32,000 bases of DNA. Source: Candidatus Electrothrix sp. GW3-4. Lineage in GTDB: Bacteria; Desulfobacterota; Desulfobulbia; Desulfobulbales; Desulfobulbaceae. Every line of letters begins with the position of its first letter. Position 1 is the stretch's first letter. The translations under genes and the position numbers were made by a program. Below, in pieces: positions 8,691 to 17,800 of this stretch. Where the stretch lies: positions 1-32,000 of the forward strand of contig NZ_CP147990.1 of assembly GCF_037902255.1 (NCBI RefSeq), given 5' to 3'. The notes beneath the pieces were generated by a model that was not told the DNA's origin, did not search any database, and saw only the letters and a list, made by a program, of their open reading frames with translations.

Positions 8691-9626
8691 ATGAAGAAGA
8701 CAGATTATCAACTGATCATTGTTGGTGGCGGACCAGCTGGCCTGACCGCAGGTATGTACGCGTCCCGGGGGCGCCTGGATACCGTACTGATTGAAAAAGG
8801 GGCCACTGGTGGTCAGGTACTGTTGACCGATTGGGTGGATAATTATCCTGGTTTTTACGATGGCATTACCGGCTTTGAGTTGATGGATAAGATGACAGCT
8901 CATGTTGACCGTTTTGGTCTGGAGAAGAAATTCGCCAACGTGACGGCTATGGATCTTCAGGGTGAGCAGAAGAAGATCCTCCTGGAATCAGGGGAAGAAC
9001 TCACGACCCAAACCGTTATTATCAGCACCGGCGCCAAGCCGAGTAAGCTGGGGATCCCCGGAGAAGAAGAGTTGCTGGGAAAGGGTGTTTCCTACTGTGC
9101 CACCTGTGACGGCCCCTTTTATCGGGATCAGGAGATCGCCGTGGTGGGTGGTGGTAATACCGCGATCCAGGAGGCCCTCCATCTCACCAAATTTGCCGCC
9201 AAGGTCACAGTGATCCATCGTCGCGACGCCTTGCGGGCCACCGCCATCCTCCAGGAAAAGGCCTTTGCCGAGGAAAAAATCGAATTTATCTGGGATGCCC
9301 AGGTCAGCGAGATTGTTGGCGATGAGGCAAGTGTCACCGCATTGAATATTCAGCATAATGACGGAGCGACTTCCACCTTGCCGGTGACAGGTATTTTTGT
9401 TCTGATCGGTGTGGTTCCGAATAACGAAATGCTGCCTCTGGATCAGCTGGAGATTGATGAGGGTGGTTTTGTTGTCACCGACCAAGAGATGTGTACCAAA
9501 CTGCCTGGTGTCTATGCTGCCGGTGATATCCGCAGTAAGAAATTCCTCCAGATTATCAATGCCGCTGGTGAAGGAGCGACCGCCGAGCTCTCTGCTGAGC
9601 ATTATCTCAGCAACCTGGCAGGATAA
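8691..9626 (+). CDS. trxB: Thioredoxin-disulfide reductase
   Basis: 311 aa. GGGPAG FAD motif. CATC redox-active disulfide (SYCATCDG). GGGNTAIQEA NADPH motif. C-terminal AAGD motif. Confidence 0.9.
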   Translation: MKKTDYQLIIVGGGPAGLTAGMYASRGRLDTVLIEKGATGGQVLLTDWVDNYPGFYDGITGFELMDKMTAHVDRFGLEKKFANVTAMDLQGEQKKILLESGEELTTQTVIISTGAKPSKLGIPGEEELLGKGVSYCATCDGPFYRDQEIAVVGGGNTAIQEALHLTKFAAKVTVIHRRDALRATAILQEKAFAEEKIEFIWDAQVSEIVGDEASVTALNIQHNDGATSTLPVTGIFVLIGVVPNNEMLPLDQLEIDEGGFVVTDQEMCTKLPGVYAAGDIRSKKFLQIINAAGEGATAELSAEHYLSNLAG

Positions 9627-9843
9627 GGCAAGATAAGGGGTGCGCGAGCGGCCCTGAGAGGGATTTTCGCATCTTGGCGCTGGTAGCTCGTGCGCCCCAG
9701 CAAAGGGGGGCAACCACAAAGGGATCCTTGACGTCCCCCCAGGCATTGAGTCGCTAATCTCTTTGTCCACACAGAAGCCTATACAGAAGTTCTGGGTGTC
9801 GTCTGCCCCAGGCTTTCCCTTCAGGACCAGGGCAAAATCTCAA

Positions 9844-10758
9844 TTACAACCTGAGCTGGGTACTGTGCTCCATCCCGAAAAATCCCCGGGGCCGGAAGGT
9901 CAGGATGATCAGGATGATGGTATAGGCAATGAGGTCCCGGAAGGTCGAGGGAAAGACCATGGCCGTGAAGATCTCAATGGCCCCTAAGAGATAACCGGCC
10001 AGGGCCGCACCCATGATCGAACCCCGACCGCCCAGGATAGCCGCAACAAAGGCCTTCCAGCCGAGCAGGATACCCATGTACGGATCCAGGACCGGATAGG
10101 CCTGCCCGTATAAGACGCCAGCAACCGAGGCCAGTCCGGCACCGATGGCAAAGGTCAATGGGGCAAGAATATTGATCGAAACCCCCATCAGGGGCACGGC
10201 CTGGAAATCATAGGCCATGGCCCGCATGGCCATCCCCCACTTGGTCTTTTGGATAAAGGCGTGCAGGGCCAGCATGAGGATCAGGGATACCACAATGATC
10301 AGTATTTTGACATTGGTAAAGTAGATCCCGCCGATATTATAGCTGACCGACTCAATCAGACTGGGAAAGCTGAGTCGCTTGGCCCCCAGGATGATCAGAT
10401 TGCCAGTCTCAAAGATGATGCCGATCATCAGGCCGGTGATGGCGGCAGAGGCCCTGGGAGCCCCCCGTAAGGGGCGATAGCCCACCACTTCCACAAAGAC
10501 GCCCACCCAAGCGGTGAGAAACATGGTCACGGCAACGGTGAACAGGAAGATCGCCCAACCCGGCATAATCGCTCCGAACAGGGCCAAGAGAAGGGTGGCG
10601 ATGCCAAAACCGATATAGGTACCCACCATGAAGATGTCACCATGGGCAAAGTTAAACAGCATCAATACGCCGTAGACCATTGAATAGCCAATGGAGATGA
10701 TGGCGTAAAAGCTTCCCCATTGCAGGGCATTGATGAGGTTTTGGAGAAAGTATTCCAT
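9844..10758 (-). CDS. livH: Branched-chain amino acid ABC transporter permease (LivH family), solitary
   Basis: 304-aa polytopic protein. Its N-terminus (QNLINALQWGSFYAIISIGYSMVYGVLMLFNFAHGD) and overall pattern are characteristic of LivH-type permeases. AAGGAG lies upstream of the start. Confidence 0.85.
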   Translation of the reverse strand: MEYFLQNLINALQWGSFYAIISIGYSMVYGVLMLFNFAHGDIFMVGTYIGFGIATLLLALFGAIMPGWAIFLFTVAVTMFLTAWVGVFVEVVGYRPLRGAPRASAAITGLMIGIIFETGNLIILGAKRLSFPSLIESVSYNIGGIYFTNVKILIIVVSLILMLALHAFIQKTKWGMAMRAMAYDFQAVPLMGVSINILAPLTFAIGAGLASVAGVLYGQAYPVLDPYMGILLGWKAFVAAILGGRGSIMGAALAGYLLGAIEIFTAMVFPSTFRDLIAYTIILIILTFRPRGFFGMEHSTQLRL

Positions 10759-11089
10759 GCTGTTGCGGGCTCCTTAAGCGAGAAAAAACGTGGTATATGT
10801 TGATTGGCGTCGTTCATAGAGCGACGGACACGAAAATAATTTCACATATTCATACGAATATACCATACAGGAAAATCCCTTGCATGAGGAAAGGGATGAG
10901 GGTGACCGAGAAGGGAAAATGATAAAAAGTGACAAGAAAATGATTTTTTATTTTTTTATGAAACCGGGCAGTTGTCTGTAAAAAAGGACCGTAAAACAAA
11001 TAGACGCTTGCATTATGGATAGCGATCGGGTAAAAAGTATCCGTTTTTTATCAGTCCAATCTATCTATCCAATAATATGAGGAGGAGGT

Positions 11090-11455
11090 ATGAGTTTTCT
11101 TGAAGGATTACTTTGGCTCACTCTGAACGTTTACCATGAAGCCCGCAGTGAGCCCCAGATCGGCCAGCTTGCTGTCGCCCATGTTACCTTAAACAGGGCA
11201 AGTCAGAATAACCAGACCGTTGAGCAGACCGTCACAGCGCCTCGCCAGTTCAGCTGGACTTTTTTGCAAAAATCATACATGCCTAAGGAGAGCGATGCCT
11301 TTGTTGACTGTCTCCAGACCGCAATGAAGGCCATGACCACAGATGATTTTACAGACGGTGCGACTTTTTACCATCGTGAAGATGTGCATCCGAAATGGGC
11401 CGGGGAAAAGACCTATGTTGCCCAATACGGAGAACATATCTTTTATCGAAACTGA
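11090..11455 (+). CDS. Small cell-wall hydrolase, SleB-like (Hydrolase_2 domain)
   Basis: 121 aa. Motif NVYHEARSEPQIGQLAVAHVTLNRA...PRQFSW typical of SleB-type hydrolase domains. Strong RBS (GAGGAGGAGG). No signal peptide. Confidence 0.75.
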   Translation: MSFLEGLLWLTLNVYHEARSEPQIGQLAVAHVTLNRASQNNQTVEQTVTAPRQFSWTFLQKSYMPKESDAFVDCLQTAMKAMTTDDFTDGATFYHREDVHPKWAGEKTYVAQYGEHIFYRN

Positions 11456-11484
11456 CAAACACAGGATAGATTGGGGCTGTTGAA

Positions 11485-11520
11485 AGCTGTTCCGTACCTG
11501 TTCGGAACAGCTTTTTTTTA
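11485..11520. terminator. Intrinsic terminator between convergent genes
   Basis: 10-bp perfect stem AGCTGTTCCG (11485-11494) / CGGAACAGCT (11503-11512). 8-nt loop. Followed by T8 (11512-11519). Sits between the SleB-like gene (+) and the L,D-transpeptidase gene (-). Confidence 0.75.
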
Positions 11521-12357
11521 TCTTTTCTGGGGAGCGTCCTCTTTCTGGATCAGGACCCAGCGCTTCCGTATCCACTGATCTCTTTCATCCTCAAAGATAT
11601 ATCTGCCTCCAGCCGTGGAGATCGTCGGCACCTGACGAGACTGCTCAAAGGCATTATAGCCTGCAGCCAGATTTGACCAGAAATTATACCACGGTGAGTG
11701 GCGAAATTTGGCCATATTTTTCCGGGTCATACGGAAGGGAAAGATGTGGAGACCGAATTGTTCCTGCCCCTGAAGAAAGGCCTGATACGCCATCAGGTAG
11801 ATTTCTTCTATCTGCCCATTGCCCATTGCAAAGCATCCCTGCGAGACGCAACTGCCATGCACCATAATGGCACTGCCTGTGCGGTTCCACGCGGAATCAT
11901 ATCTATTGGGATATCCGATATTGAAAGAGAGGTGAAACCTGCTTTTGGGGTTCATCTGCTCGCCAGAGACCGTGTAGAAACCTTCCGGGCTTTGCCAGTC
12001 TCCCTCTGCGAGTTTGGGGCCGACATAGCCTGAGTAGCTGCAGATAGGATATGTCTTAAAAAGCCTGAATTTTCCTCTGCTGTATAACCACAGCTCAAGT
12101 TGCTTTGAGAGCTTGAAAATCCGCATGAACACCGGTTGGCCAAGCTTCATGCCCTTGCGGGCAAGCTCTTGCTGTACCCTTGGCACAGCTTGGGTCATGA
12201 GGCGGTCCGCCTTGGGGGTTGTCGGGAGGCCCCCCTCCTGGCTCAGTGGCGCAGCAGTGGCGGCGGAAAGAGAAAAAAACGCCACCCAGCCCCCTGCCCA
12301 TCCAGCACAAAGGGCAAAGAAGGTAGAGCGTGCAAGAGAGCGTGTTGTCGCCTGCAT
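11518..12357 (-). CDS. L,D-transpeptidase family protein (YkuD-type catalytic domain, YafK-like)
   Basis: Catalytic motif MVHGSCVSQGCFAM (His...Cys). Start placed at the Met of MQATTRSLARSTFFALCAGW..., a hydrophobic signal-like N-terminus. This avoids overlap with the upstream gene. The ORF itself extends to 12525. Confidence 0.8.
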   Translation of the reverse strand: MQATTRSLARSTFFALCAGWAGGWVAFFSLSAATAAPLSQEGGLPTTPKADRLMTQAVPRVQQELARKGMKLGQPVFMRIFKLSKQLELWLYSRGKFRLFKTYPICSYSGYVGPKLAEGDWQSPEGFYTVSGEQMNPKSRFHLSFNIGYPNRYDSAWNRTGSAIMVHGSCVSQGCFAMGNGQIEEIYLMAYQAFLQGQEQFGLHIFPFRMTRKNMAKFRHSPWYNFWSNLAAGYNAFEQSRQVPTISTAGGRYIFEDERDQWIRKRWVLIQKEDAPQKR

Positions 12358-12409
12358 GGTCTTTTTTTCTCCAGATCGATACCGAGGCCGAGGAAAAACA
12401 CGGTTGAGG

Positions 12410-13585
12410 TTACGAAACAGCATCTTTTTCCGCTTGCGCTTTGGCATAGGCAGTGGCAGCGCATTCATTTTTGCCGACATCCAACTCCTCTGCTCGCTCG
12501 TCGTCCACCTGTTCTTTATTGGCATTGACCCGCCTGATAACGGAGTATTCCTCTGGCTGAGGCCTCATGTTATCCTGGATGAATTGGATGAAATCAGCTT
12601 CGCTCGCAATGAAGTAGATGGCCTTATTTCGTGCGATAGCATCTCCAAGAGAAGTGGTGAAGATAAAGTCCTCATTTGCCTCTGCCCAATTCATATAATG
12701 GCCCGGGAGAATCGCAATGTCCTTATGAAGCTCCTTGATCATGCCGATTGTTTTATAGAGTGTGCTTGCCCACGCTTCGGCTTGACCTCCAAGATCCGGT
12801 CGGCCCACCGAGGAAATGAAAACGGTGTCACCGGAGATCATATAGCGGTTGTTAATGATGTAAGAGGTTGAACCCGGCGTATGGCCGGGGGTGAACAAGA
12901 CTTTGACGACGGGACTACTCTTGCTACCGGAAAAAAGATGAAGCTCTCCATCGACAAGCGGAGTGTATGGGTTGTTGGAATCTCCGAAGTCACCTGGGTT
13001 ACCGTAGAATGTCACCCCGGCTTTTTCGGAGAGTACTCTGGAGCCGGAGATATAGTCTGCCTGGAGATGGGTCTCAAAGCTCTTGCTGATGGTGCATCCC
13101 TTGTCTGCGGCAAAAGTACGGTAGAAGTCTGTATCGCGTGAGGGATCAAATAACATTATCTCCTTATTGTGGAGCAGGCCGTAGGAGCATGAGGCCTTAG
13201 CAGGCCGAATAAACTGATAGAGCTGATAGCCGTTTTCATCGGCGACCAGTTTCGGTACCAGCATGTTGCCCCAACTCTTGAATCCTCCTGAGAGATATCC
13301 CACATCAGTGAAACCGTGTTTGTCGAGAATTTCTGCAACATATTTTGCGGATCCTTCTTTTGCACAGACAATGCGGACACGACGGTCGAACGGGACCCGC
13401 TCGACCGATTCCTTTTCCGCCTCCATAAAGTCATAATAGGAGATGTTGTGGAGTTCAAAAGGATAGGGAGATTCAATGTGAGAGCGAGCAAAATCCTTTT
13501 CGTTGCGTACATCAAGCACAACAATATCTTCTTTTTCTGTGAGCCAGTGGAACAGATCAATTGCTTGGTAGCTGTAAATTGCCAT
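12410..13585 (-). CDS. Rhodanese-domain / metallo-beta-lactamase-fold fusion protein (sulfur-transfer or persulfide-dioxygenase-like)
   Basis: 391 aa. N-terminal rhodanese-like region (VVLDVRNEKDF...RIVCAKEGSA). MBL-fold region with ETHLQADYISG, TPGHTPGS and ILPGHY. GGAG RBS before ATG 13585. Confidence 0.8.
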   Translation of the reverse strand: MAIYSYQAIDLFHWLTEKEDIVVLDVRNEKDFARSHIESPYPFELHNISYYDFMEAEKESVERVPFDRRVRIVCAKEGSAKYVAEILDKHGFTDVGYLSGGFKSWGNMLVPKLVADENGYQLYQFIRPAKASCSYGLLHNKEIMLFDPSRDTDFYRTFAADKGCTISKSFETHLQADYISGSRVLSEKAGVTFYGNPGDFGDSNNPYTPLVDGELHLFSGSKSSPVVKVLFTPGHTPGSTSYIINNRYMISGDTVFISSVGRPDLGGQAEAWASTLYKTIGMIKELHKDIAILPGHYMNWAEANEDFIFTTSLGDAIARNKAIYFIASEADFIQFIQDNMRPQPEEYSVIRRVNANKEQVDDERAEELDVGKNECAATAYAKAQAEKDAVS

Positions 13586-14052
13586 GGAGAACTCCTGGTT
13601 AATGTTCTGTAGAGAGTGAATCTGTTACAGAGGGGAGGTGAAATGAATATATTATCCAGCTGGAAAATAATATCCCGAATTTTTCACCTATTTTCAACTA
13701 AAATCTTAGAGTGTCCAGAATGATTTTATTGCCTGTAGGTAACAAAGGGAAGTTTCGTTTATTTTTTTGAAATAGATTCCCATTATCGGGCAGGGAGAAC
13801 TCAATTCTTGAACACCTGTCTGGAACATGATATGCTCATCACAACGATATGTTGCAAGGACATTTTTGAGCAGTTCCGTCCCTAAGTTTTGTTTATCTTG
13901 TTGTTTGTAGGAAGAGAGTGGATGGTGCAACTTGTTAATATTAAGTTGTGTTTTTCTTGTTCTCTGTGTAAAGTTGGATAGATGCTTTGCCCTTATTTTT
14001 GAAAGAGAAGACAGGAAGATCTGGGAGAATTAAGGGCTGTGTCGTCTTCACT

Positions 14053-14088
14053 GTTAATAAGGCTGAAATGGAATATATAATATATTCC
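14053..14088 (+). promoter_or_regulatory. Candidate sigma70-type promoter overlapped by a perfect 19-bp palindrome, upstream of the hemerythrin gene
   Basis: TTAATA (14053-14058), a 17-nt spacer, then TATAAT (14076-14081). Palindrome GGAATATAT-A-ATATATTCC at 14070-14088, ending 32 nt before ATG 14121. Confidence 0.4.
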
Positions 14089-14120
14089 TTATGTTATAAC
14101 CAAAGCTCACGGAGAGAAAG

Positions 14121-14528
14121 ATGCTTTATCCCTGGAAAGATGAATACAGCGTCGGAGTTTCACGTTTTGACAATCATCATAAAAGACTTTTTGATATTGC
14201 CAATCAGCTGCATGACATGATGAAAAATGGTAAGGGGGCGGATGTTATTGAGACCACACTCAGGGAACTGATTGATTATACAAAATATCATCTTGCTGAA
14301 GAGGAAAAGGCTTTGGAGCAAATAGGGTACTCCGGTATATCTTCACATAAGAGGGCCCATGCCATTTTTACCGAACAGCTGAATGATGCTCTGGTGGAAA
14401 TAGAAAAAGGACGGGCCCTGTTTGTGGTGGTCAAAGTCTCTAAGACGGTTATTGATTGGCTGATTGATCATATCTTTGGCATTGATAAAAAATACACTGC
14501 GGAGATGAATGCCGCAGGGATAAATTAG
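14121..14528 (+). CDS. Bacteriohemerythrin
   Basis: 135 aa. Begins W-x-x-x-Y-S-V-G-V..FD..H..L. Diiron ligand pattern H(H)...H..E...H...H...H....D (NHHKRLF, YHLAEEE, SHKRAH, LIDHIFGID). Confidence 0.9.
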   Translation: MLYPWKDEYSVGVSRFDNHHKRLFDIANQLHDMMKNGKGADVIETTLRELIDYTKYHLAEEEKALEQIGYSGISSHKRAHAIFTEQLNDALVEIEKGRALFVVVKVSKTVIDWLIDHIFGIDKKYTAEMNAAGIN

Positions 14529-14582
14529 CAATTCATCAGAACCGTTACTTGGTCGTTTGAAAAGGTCTTTTTCAGACGTTAC

Positions 14583-14624
14583 GGGACAGTTATCAGTCTC
14601 TCTTGATAATTGTCCCGAGTTTTG
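14583..14624 (+). terminator. Putative intrinsic terminator after the hemerythrin gene
   Basis: 13-bp stem GGGACAGTTATCA (14583-14595) / TGATAATTGTCCC (14604-14616) with one G-U pair. 8-nt loop. Followed by GAGTTTTG. Confidence 0.6.
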
Positions 14625-14801
14625 AGTGGATTTTGGCTTTAAAATCGCCAGATTTGTTTTCCTGTTTGAACTTCTGCAGTCTTGCTGTAGGCAGCTGTCC
14701 TGCTCCTTGTTCTGCCTGATCCTTAGGGCTGTGTCTTAAACTGAGGCGGAGCGAGGCGGAGGTGTCGCTCTATTGCTTTTCATTTACGACTCTTCACACC
14801 T

Positions 14802-17800
14802 ATGCAAAGCGAAAGCGTTCCCTTTTACAGGCGACTCCGTTTCAGCATGATGCTTACCGTGCTGGTTCTGGTCACGTTGATCAGTGGAACCAGTATCCTG
14901 ATAAGTTATTATGTGACCGGTCAGAAAATAGAAAGGGACGTTGCAACCGAATTTTTTAACACGGAAGGTGTTGTAACTACCTGTTTCGATTTGTTAAGGC
15001 GTCAGCTGCTGTTCGCTGCAAAGGGCGTGGCGGATGAACTTGTTTTTCGCCAAATGCAGGATACCGAGGAACAACAGTCCTTGTCTGTAAGGTTTCGTTC
15101 GCTTAAAGGGAAAAAGCATGGAGATGTGCTTTTTCTTGTCACTGCTGATGGTGGGATCATAACCTCTTCTAGCAAGGATGTTGCTGTGGCAAAGGCATTA
15201 TCCCAACATCAGGTTATTCAGAAAGAAATAGCGACAGATCAGTCCTTCAGTACCATAATTATGGTTGATGCTGGTATTGGTATGGAGCCGCAGCAACGAA
15301 AACGATTTTATATGATTGCGGCGGTGCCTGTTATACTTCCGTATTCTTCGCAGACCTTTTTTGTCTTTAGCTGTTATCTTATGGACAGCTCCTTCCTGTT
15401 GCGTTTTCCCATATATTCCCACATGGATATAACGCTCGTCAGTGACAACAGTGTTGTTGCAACGACTCTTCCTCCTGAGGATATCCTCAGGGAAGGTGAT
15501 AACTCCTCCTATTATAAATCATCAGTGCTGTTACCCGGTGCCATTGATCTCATACATGAAAGCTCTTTTTTTAAAGAGAAAATGTATGTGAAAATTAAAT
15601 ATATTCCTGGGATGGAAAACAGCACGACCAGCTTTTTTATTCTTTCTCATCCGTCCAGGTTGGTTTTGGCCACCAAAAAAGAATTTGGGCAACATTTTAT
15701 AATTATTCTTTTTGTAGGCCTCTGTTGTTCCATTATGCTGATTTTTTTTATTACAGGATCGGTTCTCAACCCTATTAAAGAATTGAAGCAGCTCGTCCAT
15801 AAGATCAGCGAGGGGGAGTTAAGTAATAGAATTGAGTCCAGCGTAACCAATGAATTTACTCCACTGATTAATCAATTCAATAATATGTTGAATTTGATTC
15901 AGCGGAAAGATGAAGAACTCTGGGATATTGTTGAGGCAAAGACTACAGAACTTCGACAACGAAATGTCTTTATAGATAACCTCCTGAGATCCTCCCAGGT
16001 TATGGGGATTGTGGCAACAGATATGAACCTCGTTGTTACTTACTTTAACCCGGTTGCTGAAAAACTTTTCGGCTTTCCGGCTGAAGAGGTTATTGGAAAA
16101 AAAGTAACTGAGTTTCATCCCCATATAAAAAATCGTGAGGAGCAGTTCAATAGTTTGATCGATAATGCCCTGCGAAAAGGATCGCATACCTTTACGGTTG
16201 GAACGTCAGAATTTCCCTATGATAGCAATGAAGGGGGCGTAGAAGGGGAAACGGATCGGAGAGATCAGCGCATTATTGAGGTCTATCTTTCTCCTATTAA
16301 AGCAAGGAGCGAGCAGGGACGGGAGATTGCCAGTGGGCTGATGTTAATGGCCCAGGATATTACTGCAGCCCGGCGGATGGACGAGCGTCTCCACTCGGCT
16401 TTGGCTGAGTTGAAGGTTATCCTCGACAATACTATGCTTGGGCTTATCCTGGTTCAGGATGAGCGGGTTGTTCGAGTCAATACGACCTTTGAGAGCATGT
16501 TCGGCTATTCTTTTGATGAAATAGAGGAAATGTCTTGGTCTCAGTTCCGGGGTGCTATTTTTGCAGGCAAAGAAGCCGAATGCTGGGATGGCAGTGGACG
16601 GATGTTTTCCATGGTGAAAAAGACAGAGCCTGGAATGAAGGAGCAGCAGCCCTTTTGGAGCAAAGTTCGTCAGGTCTCGATTGGCAGCGATAGACATAAG
16701 GAAAGCAAGAGGGAGCTGTATCTCTTTGAAGATATGAGTAGTCAAAATGAGATGTTTGAGAAAATACAACGTCTCAGCCAGGCTGTTGAACAAAGTTCGA
16801 ATTCGGTTGTCATTACCAGTACAGACGGAATTATAGAGTATGTTAACAGGACCTTTGTCAGCACAACCGGCTATAATGCCCATGAGATTATTGGTCAGAG
16901 CTTGGAGATATTGGCACCCAGCAAGACCGAGTCTGATGTATATAAAAAAATGTGGTTGACTGTTCGGGCCGGTAATGAGTGGACAGGGGAGCTGGTCAAT
17001 AAAAAGAAGGACGGTGCTCTTTATGAGGAAAATGTCGTTGCTTCTCCGATTCGTAATGAAGAAAATGAAATAACGCATATTATTGTTACCAAAGAGAATA
17101 TAACGGATCTGAAAAAAGCCCGGCAGCAGGCAGACAGTGCCAATAAGGCAAAGAGTGAATTTCTCGCCAATATGAGTCATGAAATTCGCACCCCGATGAA
17201 TTCCATCATCGGCATGACGGAGCTTCTCCTTGATACGAAATTGTTTCCTGAACAAAAAGGCTTTGTTGAGAACGTCAACAGCTCAGCCAGTGTCCTTTTG
17301 TCGCTTATTAACGATATTCTTGATTTTTCAAAGATTGAGGCAGGGAAATTGGAACTTGATTATAGACCTTTTAAACCTCGACGGCTTGCTGAAGAGGTTG
17401 TCGGGACCTTAAAGATCTTGGCAGAGCAGAAAGGGATTGAACTCCGTCTGAATATTGTCAATGATGATGACTGCTACCCGCTGGGAGATTCTTTGCGGAT
17501 CAGGCAGGTCTTACTGAATCTCGTTGGCAACGCGATCAAGTTCACCCACCAAGGAAATGTAACGCTTGAGGTCAATATTCGTTCTACCCATGCAAATTAT
17601 TGCTCAGCAAGTTTTACGATCAGTGATACAGGCATTGGTATTTCTCAGGATCAGCAGGAGAATATCTTTGCAAACTTTACCCAAGCTGATAGTTCGATAA
17701 CCCGAGATTTTGGTGGGACCGGGCTCGGACTTGCCATTAGTAACCGCCTCCTGCAGTTGATGGGCAGTGAAATCTACCTGAAAAGCACCTTAGGGGTTGG

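Noticed and set aside
13706-13930. 74-aa minus-strand ORF in the 535-bp AT-rich gap between the rhodanese-MBL and hemerythrin genes.
   Set aside because: It has a TTG start, no RBS and no recognisable motif. In AT-rich intergenic DNA an ORF of this length is expected by chance.
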